Assembly: GCA_029859385.1 (NCBI GenBank)
Contig: JAOUDF010000001.1
Coordinates: forward strand, 1-53,412
Reading direction: 5' to 3'
DNA from: Nitrospirota bacterium
GTDB taxonomy: Bacteria > Nitrospirota > JAOUDF01
DNA length: 53,412 nt
Below are positions 19,236 through 27,670 of this stretch, piece by piece. Within the stretch, counting starts at the first letter, position 1. Every line of letters starts with the position of its first letter. The position numbers and the translations under genes were made by a program. The notes under the pieces are model-generated. The model did no database searches. It had not been told where the DNA came from and saw nothing but the letters and a program-made list of their open reading frames with translations.

Positions 19236-20084
19236 ATGGAAGTAGGATCCCCCAATATTCAGGATATTCTCTCAAAGGTCGGTGATCTGCCCGCCATGCC
19301 CCAGATTGCGGCAAAGGTGAGCGAGATGATCAGCGACCCCAATTCATCTCCCCGCTCAATGCAAACGGTCATTCAGGCCGATCCCGCCCTCTCCGCCAAG
19401 ATCCTCAAAATGGCCAATTCGGCCTTCTACGGCGGCAGAAAAAGCGCCACTATCGTCGAGGCGATCATGGTGCTGGGATACGAAACCCTCAAGACCCTGG
19501 TTATCGCCAGCTCCACGGAGGCAATTTTTGCCAAAGGGGGGCGGGCGTCGCTGAAAGAGACCCTTCTCTGGGAGCATTCACTGGGGTGTGCCCTGGGAGC
19601 GAGGTTGATCTCCGACAAGCTGAAATTCCCTGGAAAAGAAAAGGCTTTTCTCTGCGGACTTCTGCACGATATCGGCAAAACCATCCTCAGCCAGCGCATG
19701 CCGCAGGCCTACGACCAGATCATCCAGCGGGTATACGAAGAGGGTGTGGAGGGGGTGGCTCTGGAGCGCCAGGCCTTCGGTTTCGACCATACTGAGATCG
19801 GCATGGCCGTTGCCGCCAAGTGGAACTTCCCTTCGGAGCTCCAGGAGGCGATAAGGCTTCACCATGCCCCTGAAAATGCAACGGAAAACCCCACCCTGGC
19901 CGCTATAGTGGCCTTTTCCAATGCCCTCTGCATAAGGGCAGGGATAGGTCCGGAGAGCCGGGACGATCTGGGACCAATTGGAGAGAAGGCAATGGGGATT
20001 CTCCAGATTCAGGATGCCAACCTTGAGCTCTGGGTATTAGAATTGCAAGAAATATTGACAGAGCAGAAGATTTTCTTCAAATAG
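19236..20084 (+). CDS. HDOD-domain signalling protein
   Basis: LPAMPQIAAKVSEMISDPNSSPRSMQTVIQADPALSAKILKMANSAFYG and GLLHDIGK are typical HDOD. ATG 19236 is preceded by AGGAG. Confidence 0.82.
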   Translation: MEVGSPNIQDILSKVGDLPAMPQIAAKVSEMISDPNSSPRSMQTVIQADPALSAKILKMANSAFYGGRKSATIVEAIMVLGYETLKTLVIASSTEAIFAKGGRASLKETLLWEHSLGCALGARLISDKLKFPGKEKAFLCGLLHDIGKTILSQRMPQAYDQIIQRVYEEGVEGVALERQAFGFDHTEIGMAVAAKWNFPSELQEAIRLHHAPENATENPTLAAIVAFSNALCIRAGIGPESRDDLGPIGEKAMGILQIQDANLELWVLELQEILTEQKIFFK

Positions 20085-20219
20085 CGCCGTTTTTCATGTA
20101 TTGACGGCCCTGCTCATGGACGAGGCAGATCTAAACATTATACCGGATAGCGGGCAAAAATTGCCGGTCACAGGATGGTGAAGATCATGGGAAAAAACCT
20201 CAGGACGGGAGGGCAGGAC

Positions 20220-20993
20220 ATGTTGGCCACTACACACCATACGGAAACTCATTACACATTCGATCCCGAACAGCGTGAGCGACTGATCCTGGAGCATGCT
20301 CCGATGATCAAGTATATCGCCAACAGGATCGCAGCCCGCCTTCCTTCCCATGTTGATGTGGACGACCTTATAAATTCAGGGGTTATCGGCCTGATCGACG
20401 CCCTCGAAAAATTCGACCCCAGCCGGGGGATAAAATTCAAGTCATATGCCGAATCCCGTATCCGGGGAGCCATTCTCGACAACCTCCGTTCGCTGGACTG
20501 GGTATCCCGTTCAGTGCGGCGCAAGTCGAGGCTGCTCGAACAGACCTTCTCGGAGCTGGAAAAAAAGCTCGGCAGGCCTGCCACTGAAGAAGAGGTGGCC
20601 GAGGTTATGGGGGTGGAGCTCGAGGAGCTTCTCAAGATTATGGGTGAGGTCAATAGTGTCTCCCTCGTTTATCTCGACGAGGTGCTCAACGACGACTCCG
20701 GCGACAAGGAGCAGACCCTCGCTGAATATCTCAGTAATCCCGACGAGGAAGACCCCTATTCGCTTCTGGCGACGCAGGAGATAAAGGAATCTCTCGTGGA
20801 GGGTATCGACGCCCTGCCCGAGAAGGAGCGGCTTGTTCTTTCGCTCTATTACTATGAGGAGCTGACGATGAAGGAGATCGGCAAGGTGCTTGACGTGACC
20901 GAGTCGCGGGTCTCCCAGCTCCATACCCAGGCGATTCTTCGGTTGAGAGGCAAGCTCTCGCCTGCTTTCGGGGAGACGCCCGGAGAAAAGTAG
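20220..20993 (+). CDS. fliA: flagellar sigma factor sigma-28 (FliA)
   Basis: Region 2 (INSGVIGLIDALEKFDPSRGIKFKSYAESRIRGAILDNLR) and region 4 HTH (LTMKEIGKVLDVTESRVSQLHTQAILRLR). ATG 20220 has GGGAGGG upstream. Alternative ATG at 20175. Confidence 0.9.
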   Translation: MLATTHHTETHYTFDPEQRERLILEHAPMIKYIANRIAARLPSHVDVDDLINSGVIGLIDALEKFDPSRGIKFKSYAESRIRGAILDNLRSLDWVSRSVRRKSRLLEQTFSELEKKLGRPATEEEVAEVMGVELEELLKIMGEVNSVSLVYLDEVLNDDSGDKEQTLAEYLSNPDEEDPYSLLATQEIKESLVEGIDALPEKERLVLSLYYYEELTMKEIGKVLDVTESRVSQLHTQAILRLRGKLSPAFGETPGEK

Positions 20994-20997
20994 TGCC

Positions 20998-21321
20998 ATG
21001 ATAAACCCGATTGACCCTTTTGTTCTGGCCGGACAGATAGCCGCCAGCGAGAAGGTGCAGGAAATGCACCAGCATCAGGCTGCGGTTCAGCAAAAGAACC
21101 TTGCGCAGCAGGTCAAGGAGGATGCCAGCCATAAGCAGGCAAGCGTTTCCGCCAAGACCCCCGCGGAAGAGATCGTAGTGAAAGATGAAGCCGGCAAGCA
21201 TGACAAGGACAAGCGTTCCCACCACGGGGATCATGGCGGTCATGATGAGGATAAAGGCAATAAGGCCTCGGCGGACATCCCCGAAGTGGAAGAGGGTAGG
21301 ATCATCGATATAAAAATCTAG
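20998..21321 (+). CDS. hypothetical small protein, Gln/Lys/His-rich (HHGDHGGHDED)
   Basis: 107-aa ORF starting 4 nt after the fliA stop. Likely disordered and charged, with no recognisable family. Confidence 0.45.
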   Translation: MINPIDPFVLAGQIAASEKVQEMHQHQAAVQQKNLAQQVKEDASHKQASVSAKTPAEEIVVKDEAGKHDKDKRSHHGDHGGHDEDKGNKASADIPEVEEGRIIDIKI

Positions 21322-21332
21322 GCGATACGACT

Positions 21333-21824
21333 ATGCTCAATCTCTCGACGGAATCTATAGTTATCATTGTATCTTTCCTGGTCAACCTGGCGGTCATCGC
21401 CATGCTTGTGCTCCATGTGGCAAGGGATGGCAAGATAAGCAGGTTTGAAAAACAGGGAAAGCTTGACGAGGAGGGTCTCAAGTCGCTGGTGGCCCATCTG
21501 GAAGACCTGATAATAGAATGTGAACGGGTCTCCAAGGATATGTGCGACCGCCTTTCCGGCAAGGAGGCAGATTGCAAGGACCTTCTCCGGCGCATGGAGC
21601 TGAAGAAAGAAGCAATTATTGCCCAGTATGCAGGGCTTCGTAATCGGGCCTCTCTGGGGAACAATGATAATATGGATATGCTCTTCGATGAGGAAGTCGA
21701 AATCAGCGATGCGGAAAGGGTCAGAACCCTCGCCGAGTCGGGTCTTTCTCAGGCGGAAATTGCGCATCGATTGCAGATACCGGCGGGAGAAGTGAAGCTT
21801 ATGCTCAGTCTGCAACAGCAGTGA
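21333..21824 (+). CDS. membrane-anchored protein with C-terminal HTH-like tail, DUF2802-like (flagellar-locus associated)
   Basis: One N-terminal TM (IVIIVSFLVNLAVIAMLVL), a coiled-coil middle, and the tail LAESGLSQAEIAHRLQIPAGEVKLMLSL. This resembles the DUF2802 tail found downstream of fliA in other flagellar loci (from memory). Confidence 0.5.
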   Translation: MLNLSTESIVIIVSFLVNLAVIAMLVLHVARDGKISRFEKQGKLDEEGLKSLVAHLEDLIIECERVSKDMCDRLSGKEADCKDLLRRMELKKEAIIAQYAGLRNRASLGNNDNMDMLFDEEVEISDAERVRTLAESGLSQAEIAHRLQIPAGEVKLMLSLQQQ

Positions 21825-21848
21825 ATCTCTGCGATCTCTGAATAATAG

Positions 21849-22904
21849 ATGCGGCTTATACGACTCTCCAACCTAAAAACCGGCATGATTGCCGGATCAA
21901 ACCAGTATGACAGCGCGGGTAACTGTATCCTGCGATGCGGTCAGACTATCGGAAAATCCCACCAGAAAAAACTCGCCGAACTCGGACTGGCTGAGATATA
22001 TGTCAAGAAGAAAAATGACGAGGACCGTCATGACAATATTTTCAGCGACGACCTCTATGGAGAGGCCCAGGGTATTTTCGGGGAGGTTGCCCAGGGGATA
22101 CTCTCTCATGCCCATGGCGAACGGATCGATGCCTCCCTTGAAAAAATAGAAGGCATTGTCGGGAAGTTTGCTGATGCACTTCAGGCGAACGGCAAAACCT
22201 TTATCTCCTATCTCCCTCAAAACCCTGCCCGTGATTACTTGTCCTTCCACAGCATCAATGTCTGCCTTTATTCATTACTGGCAGGCATGGAGCTTGGCTT
22301 AGACCGTGAAGAGCTCATCGGCATGGGGGTTGGCGCCTTTCTTCATGACATCGGGCTCGTGTTTCTGGAGCAGGAGCTCTATTCCAGGGAGGATGAGTTT
22401 GCCCGGCAGGAAATAATGGAGCACTCCTGGCGCGGATATGAGTTGTTCAAGCGCAGTTCGCGTATGCGGCTGGAGTCGCTCTATGTGATCCTCCAGCACC
22501 ATGAAAGGTTTGACGGGAGTGGATACCCCCAGGGGCTTCAGGGGACTGCGATACCCGAGGTATGCCGGGTTGTCGCCGTCGCCGACTGTTACGACGCTCT
22601 CACGACGAGCCGCTGTTACCGCCCTCGGGTTTTGCCGTCGGAGGCGGTGCAGTATGTCCGGAATTCGGCGGCCGCCGGTTTTGACCAGACAGTAACCGCG
22701 GCGTTGTTCAGAAATATCTCTCTCTATCCCGTAGGGCTCCATGTTACCTTGAATAACGGTGCCTCGGGATATGTGGTATCGGCCAATCCCGGTCACCCGT
22801 CGAGGCCGGTAGTCAGGGTGGGTACGGAGAGAAAGTTTGTTGAGTACGATTTGAGTCGGGAATATGCGCTCTTCATCGAGCGTGCGGAGGTGGACGGAGA
22901 ATGA
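21849..22904 (+). CDS. HD-GYP domain protein (c-di-GMP phosphodiesterase type), catalytic motifs intact
   Basis: FHSINV...GAFLHDIGL (HD at 22344-22349)...MEHSWRG...LQHHERFDGSGYPQGL...VADCYDALTTSR. 351 aa. Confidence 0.85.
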   Translation: MRLIRLSNLKTGMIAGSNQYDSAGNCILRCGQTIGKSHQKKLAELGLAEIYVKKKNDEDRHDNIFSDDLYGEAQGIFGEVAQGILSHAHGERIDASLEKIEGIVGKFADALQANGKTFISYLPQNPARDYLSFHSINVCLYSLLAGMELGLDREELIGMGVGAFLHDIGLVFLEQELYSREDEFARQEIMEHSWRGYELFKRSSRMRLESLYVILQHHERFDGSGYPQGLQGTAIPEVCRVVAVADCYDALTTSRCYRPRVLPSEAVQYVRNSAAAGFDQTVTAALFRNISLYPVGLHVTLNNGASGYVVSANPGHPSRPVVRVGTERKFVEYDLSREYALFIERAEVDGE

Positions 22905-23956
22905 TCCGGTTTGTGCGGACATGCCATATACAGGAAGGGGATATGCTGGCACTGCCGGTGGAGAGTGCTTCCGGCACTATTTTGCTCGCCCCGGGCGTGG
23001 AGCTGAATGCGTACTACGTTGAGCGCCTCGAATCGATGGGCTTCTTCGAGGTCTATGTCACCGACGGCGATATCCCTGATCTGAACGAATATCAGATAGT
23101 CAGTCCGGAAACCCGTCGACTCATGCTTTCCCTGAGCAGAAGGGTCTACGACGGATTTCAGAAAACCTCTCATCGGAAGGTTTTCAGTTTTCGCGAGTCG
23201 GAACTGGAACGGGCCATGGAAAGGCTCCTGGCCGAGGTGAAGAAAAACCGGCGCAAGGTGGTCGGTTTCGCTGACGTGAAGTCGGTCGACGAATATATTT
23301 ATCACCATGCGGTCAACGTCAGCATTTACGCCCTCCTGGTCGGGTTGGAGTTGAAATATACCCACGATATGCTGATAGACCTGGGGATAGGCGCAATGCT
23401 TCTCGATGTAGGGAAGATGCTCATGTCCAGATACCTCCTCGAGAAAAAGGAGTTTTACACGTCGGAAGAATACGGCGAAATGAAGGAGCATACCTCACGG
23501 GGCTTTGACTTCCTGAGCGGAAACAGGTCGCTCAAGGCATCGGTTATCACTTTGCAGCACCACGAGCGTATTGACGGGTCCGGCTACCCCCGAGGGCTGA
23601 CGGGGGACCGTATCCATAATTACGCCAAGATCGTGGGCATCGCCGATGTCTATGACGCCCTCACCTCAAACACGACCTTCAGGAAGAGAATCCTCCCGTG
23701 CAAAGCGGTGGAATACCTGCAGAATGAAGGTCGCGACCAGTTTGACCCACTCCTGCTTAAGCACTTTACAAGCCATATTGCCCTTTATCCCATAGGGGTG
23801 CAGGTTGAACTGAGCAACGGAGCTGAAGGTGTGGTCACCGGTTATGCGAAAGAGGACGGCAGGACCATTGTCACCCTTGTAGGAGAACACGCCGCCATGG
23901 GGGCGATCACGCTGGATGAACAACGAAGGATATTTATCCGTAACGTCAAATGGTGA
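22901..23956 (+). CDS. HD-GYP domain paralogue with the HD dyad changed to LD (probably degenerate or sensor)
   Basis: HHAVNV...GAMLLDVGK (Leu-Asp at 23402-23407 where His-Asp is expected)...KEHTSRG...LQHHERIDGSGYPRGL...IADVYDALTS. Also 351 aa. ATGA overlap with the upstream paralogue. Confidence 0.85.
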   Translation: MIRFVRTCHIQEGDMLALPVESASGTILLAPGVELNAYYVERLESMGFFEVYVTDGDIPDLNEYQIVSPETRRLMLSLSRRVYDGFQKTSHRKVFSFRESELERAMERLLAEVKKNRRKVVGFADVKSVDEYIYHHAVNVSIYALLVGLELKYTHDMLIDLGIGAMLLDVGKMLMSRYLLEKKEFYTSEEYGEMKEHTSRGFDFLSGNRSLKASVITLQHHERIDGSGYPRGLTGDRIHNYAKIVGIADVYDALTSNTTFRKRILPCKAVEYLQNEGRDQFDPLLLKHFTSHIALYPIGVQVELSNGAEGVVTGYAKEDGRTIVTLVGEHAAMGAITLDEQRRIFIRNVKW

Positions 23957-23962
23957 GAGGAA

Positions 23963-25555
23963 GTGCCCATGACTGAGATTCTTCGGGCAGGCCTGCTTAA
24001 TATTCTTGGCGAACTTGGCGGTAAAAAGGGACTCCAGGGCCTCAAGGTCGGCGATATCCTTGCGGCTACCGTGCTGGAAAAGTCGACCGGCGAGGTCCTC
24101 CTGAGCCTGAAAGGGGAAAAGATCGCCGCGAGGAGCGAGGTGGCCCTCTCTGTTGGCGACCGTATCTTCCTGAAGGTGGAAGACCTCTCCGGAAAGGTCG
24201 TGCTGAAGGTTGTGGGAGGAGAGGCTTCGGGGCCGCGGCAGGCCGGAGACCTCATACGAGAGAGGGCTCCGCAGGCGATGAACGTTGGCGGAGACTACTC
24301 GGAGCTACGGGGTGCGTTAAAGGAACTTTTGCAAAAATCGCCCGCACTCAGGGAAGGGTCTCTCGGCGCCCTCCTCGGCCAGCTGGAACAACTGTTGCCG
24401 GAAGAAGGGGCGTCGCCGGCAAAACTCAAGGCCTTTGTGGAGAATTCGGGTATATTCTACGAGCGTAAGCTGGCCGCCTCCTTCGGCAAGGAAACTGGTG
24501 CTCCGCCGTCTTCCGGTCTCCCAACCGACCTGAAGTCGCTTATCCTTGAAGCGAAGGTTCTGGCCAGAAATGCCATGGAGTCTCATCCTGCCCTTCAGCA
24601 GGACATCGGCAGGTTTATTGATGTTTCTGAAAAAGTTTTGAAGCAGGCCGAGGTGGCCCGCCCCGACACAGCTCCACCTGTCAGGGAAGGGGCCCAGACT
24701 ACTCCGCGGGGCGGCATTACGATGCAGGAGGGGGAAGGTGCGAAGGGTGGTTTCACGAGGCAGGCGGCGGCAGACTTTTCCGACCTCCGGATAGTAGTCT
24801 CACACCTGCTTGAAAAGGCCCCGGCCCTCAAGAATGGTCCTCTCGGGGAACTCCTGGTCCGCCTGGAGCAGGCTATGTCACAGGAGGAGACCCCGACAGG
24901 AAAGCCTGAGGCCCTGACAGGAAAGCCTGAAGCCCCTGTGAAAAGCGAAAATATCTCCGCGGCGCAACAAAGGGGCGTGATGGCAAGAGAAGCGGAGCCG
25001 GGGCTGCCGGCGACCGACCTCAAGGCACTGATCCTCGACGCCAAGGAATCGGCCAAAGCGGTGCTGGAGCGTAATCCTGGCCTTCGGGGAGAGTTGGACC
25101 GGTTCCTCGATGTCTCCGAAAGGGTGCTCAGGAATACGGAAATTGTCCAGCTGGCCAACAGCCTGACACCCGCATCGCAGAATGCCTTCTGGGTTGTCCT
25201 GCCTTACGGTGAAGGCGACAAGACCGGCTCGGTGGAATGGGAAATGCATCAGGGCAGCGATATCGAAGGTGTGGAGAACCAGTCTTTTTCCCTCACGTTT
25301 AACCTGAGCGGACTGGGGCATCTCAAGGTTGACGGTCTCCTGTCCGGTGGCAGGCTTAACTGCCATTTCTGGGGCGCCGATGAAGAGAAGGCCCGCTTCA
25401 TGGAAGACCATCTCGCGGAGTTCTCCCGCTCCGCTGAAGCAGGTGGTGTGACTGTAGGCAGCCTGGCCTGCGGAGTTAGCCGGGACAGCGGGGGGAGTCA
25501 TCTGCACCGGGTCATGACGAGCTCCGGAACCAGGCTGGTCGACCGGCGCGCATAA
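23963..25555 (+). CDS. FliK-like protein (C-terminal flagellar hook-length-control-type domain) with an internally duplicated N-terminal region
   Basis: The C-terminal FSLTFNLSGLGHLKVDGLLSGGRLNCHFWGADEEKARFMEDHLAEFSRSAEAGGVTVGSL follows the FliK C-domain pattern (L.L.P..LG.l.v.l....l...f.a.....r..le..l..L...l...G). Start is GTG 23963 or ATG 23969. Confidence 0.5.
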   Translation: MPMTEILRAGLLNILGELGGKKGLQGLKVGDILAATVLEKSTGEVLLSLKGEKIAARSEVALSVGDRIFLKVEDLSGKVVLKVVGGEASGPRQAGDLIRERAPQAMNVGGDYSELRGALKELLQKSPALREGSLGALLGQLEQLLPEEGASPAKLKAFVENSGIFYERKLAASFGKETGAPPSSGLPTDLKSLILEAKVLARNAMESHPALQQDIGRFIDVSEKVLKQAEVARPDTAPPVREGAQTTPRGGITMQEGEGAKGGFTRQAAADFSDLRIVVSHLLEKAPALKNGPLGELLVRLEQAMSQEETPTGKPEALTGKPEAPVKSENISAAQQRGVMAREAEPGLPATDLKALILDAKESAKAVLERNPGLRGELDRFLDVSERVLRNTEIVQLANSLTPASQNAFWVVLPYGEGDKTGSVEWEMHQGSDIEGVENQSFSLTFNLSGLGHLKVDGLLSGGRLNCHFWGADEEKARFMEDHLAEFSRSAEAGGVTVGSLACGVSRDSGGSHLHRVMTSSGTRLVDRRA

Positions 25556-25564
25556 GGAGAGAGG

Positions 25565-27082
25565 ATGTCCGAAACGGAGAAGATTCTTATTCTCGAACAG
25601 GACGAAGAACTGGCATCCGCGATTGCGGAAAGTCTTTCCGCCGAAGGCTTGTCTGCCGACATCTTGCAGGTTGCCTCCCTCGCCTCAAATGCCTATCCGG
25701 TGGAAGGGCATGAGTACGACCTGCTCGTCGTTGATCTCGACGGCAACGAAAATATCCTTGGTTTCTACGAAAAATTCCGTACTTTCAACCCCAATGCGGC
25801 GATCATTGTTACTGCCTCCTCACCCAACCTTGAATCGGCGGTCCGCTGTCTCAAGGGGGGGGCATACGACTATCTTACCAAGCCGATCCTTCCGGAAACC
25901 GTGGTCCAGTCGGCCAGAAACGCCCTTGAGAACAGAAAGCTTTTTATCAACATCATCAATTTATCGGAGGAGCTCAAGGAAGCCAATTCGCTTCTTGCCA
26001 AACAGAAGGACGAGATCGAAAGGGAGAAAAACCTCCTTGACCGCCTTCTGACGGAGTCGAACCTGGCCAGTGATACCCGCAAGCTGGCATCGCTCGTTAT
26101 CAACCGTGAGAGGCTCATCGAGGAGTTTTTTTCGCTTTTGGGGAGCTTTACTTCCTACGATGCTGCGGCCCTTATCCTCTGCTCGGGAAGCAAGCCGTTT
26201 CTCGTGATTGACGAGAAGAAGGCCCTCAGTGAAGAGGATATCCAGCAGATAAGGGAGATCATGCTCAGCGGCGCCGGCATAGGCCCCCGCGTAGAAGGCC
26301 GGGAGATAGAATCCTTCGAAAGGGAAAGCAGTGAGAGCAGCCGCAAGGCCGCCATCACCTATCGTCAGCTTATACCGCTGATGATCAACGACGAATTTCT
26401 CGGCAGCATTGCGGTATTCAGTTCGAAGAAGACGCAGTTTTCCAGCAACGTCAAGAACCTGCTGCGCATGATGGCGGCCGAGTTTGCCATGGTCGCCAAG
26501 CTCTTCTCCCTCTACGAAGAAAACAAGATGCTCTCCGTTACCGACGGGCTCACCAAGATATTCAACAACCGCTATTTCCAGGAGATGCTTGCCCGCGATT
26601 TCGACAGGATAAAGCGGTACAACGGGCGGCTCTCCCTTCTTCTCCTGGACGTGGACAACTTCAAGTCGATCAATGACACTTACGGTCATCAGCAGGGGGA
26701 CATCATCCTTATCGAGCTTGCCCAGCTCCTCAAAAAGAATACGCGAAAATCCGACCTGGTCGCCCGCTACGGAGGCGAAGAGTTTGTGGTGGTCATGCCC
26801 GAGACCGACGCCGAGCGAGGGGTATTCCTGGCCGAGACGCTCAGGAAGAAGGTAGCGGAACACTGCTTCTCGGGTCAGGGGAGCTGCAGAAAGGTTACCG
26901 TCAGCATCGGTATTTCGGAAATCGAGGATAACATGCGGGACCAGTTCGAGCTGATAGGACGGGCGGACCAGGCGTTGTACCGGGCGAAGCGGACAGGAAA
27001 GAACAAGGTCTGTCTCTCTCATGGGGAGAGGATCATCGACGACCCGCTGCTGGGGGCCGCCCAGCAACACCTCTCTCTCTAA
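25565..27082 (+). CDS. response-regulator receiver + coiled coil/GAF-like + GGDEF diguanylate cyclase
   Basis: REC domain (ILILEQDEE...DLLVVDLDG...YDYLTKP). GGDEF domain with active-site RYGGEEFVVVMPE and an I-site RKSD five residues upstream. Confidence 0.88.
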   Translation: MSETEKILILEQDEELASAIAESLSAEGLSADILQVASLASNAYPVEGHEYDLLVVDLDGNENILGFYEKFRTFNPNAAIIVTASSPNLESAVRCLKGGAYDYLTKPILPETVVQSARNALENRKLFINIINLSEELKEANSLLAKQKDEIEREKNLLDRLLTESNLASDTRKLASLVINRERLIEEFFSLLGSFTSYDAAALILCSGSKPFLVIDEKKALSEEDIQQIREIMLSGAGIGPRVEGREIESFERESSESSRKAAITYRQLIPLMINDEFLGSIAVFSSKKTQFSSNVKNLLRMMAAEFAMVAKLFSLYEENKMLSVTDGLTKIFNNRYFQEMLARDFDRIKRYNGRLSLLLLDVDNFKSINDTYGHQQGDIILIELAQLLKKNTRKSDLVARYGGEEFVVVMPETDAERGVFLAETLRKKVAEHCFSGQGSCRKVTVSIGISEIEDNMRDQFELIGRADQALYRAKRTGKNKVCLSHGERIIDDPLLGAAQQHLSL

Positions 27083-27102
27083 TCGATTGTTTGATCGAGA
27101 AG

Positions 27103-27142
27103 CCCGGGTACCGCTAAAAATAGTGCGGTCCCGGGTTTTTTT
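27103..27142 (+). terminator. rho-independent terminator after the GGDEF gene
   Basis: CCCGGGTACCGC-loop-GCGGTCCCGGG (one bulge) followed by TTTTTTT. Confidence 0.75.
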
Positions 27143-27190
27143 GTCTGGTATACTGTCGCTGTAAGAGCACTGAATTGAAAAGAGGGGCGG

Positions 27191-27625
27191 ATGCGATTGA
27201 GGCGCAATGTTCGAGGCATTGTATCATCAACCCTTTCCGGGGAGCCCCGGTTTCTTCTTCTTTTGGCCCGAAAAGGGTACTGGCAGTGCCCTAACGGCGG
27301 GATGGACGACGGAGAAAGCGAAGTCCAGGCGCTCATCCGCGAGATAGCTGAGGAAACCGGGCTGCTCAGGGTGAAGGTACTGGAGGAGACGCGGACTACC
27401 CGAGAGTACGACGCAGAGCGCCACGGCGAGCCGATCCATGTGATGCTGGCGGCCTACCTGGTCGAGGCTGACATGGCCGAGACCGTTACCATCGGCAACT
27501 CTGAAGACCGGCACCTCGAGTCGCGCTGGGTGGCCTACGATGAGGCGCTGACCATGCTCAACCGGTATCCCGAGCAGCGGCCGGTCTTTGAAGAGGTGTG
27601 TAAAAAGGGTGGGCTGGTTCGTTAG
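27191..27625 (+). CDS. NUDIX hydrolase
   Basis: Nudix box GGMDDGESEVQALIREIAEETGL (Gx5Ex7REUxEExGU). Confidence 0.85.
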   Translation: MRLRRNVRGIVSSTLSGEPRFLLLLARKGYWQCPNGGMDDGESEVQALIREIAEETGLLRVKVLEETRTTREYDAERHGEPIHVMLAAYLVEADMAETVTIGNSEDRHLESRWVAYDEALTMLNRYPEQRPVFEEVCKKGGLVR

Positions 27626-27670
27626 AGTGAGCAGGTTTACAGGTCCCCTATGGATGGTTGAAAGGGAAAT

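Noticed and set aside
20085-20219. Search for a promoter dedicated to fliA (a sigma-70 TTGACG box at about 20100, and a TAAA...CCGGATAG sigma-28-like box).
   Set aside because: Spacings do not fit either consensus (no -10 at 16-18 nt, and only 7 nt between TAAA and CCGGATAG). fliA is more simply read as part of the transcript from the sigma-54 promoter at 13617.
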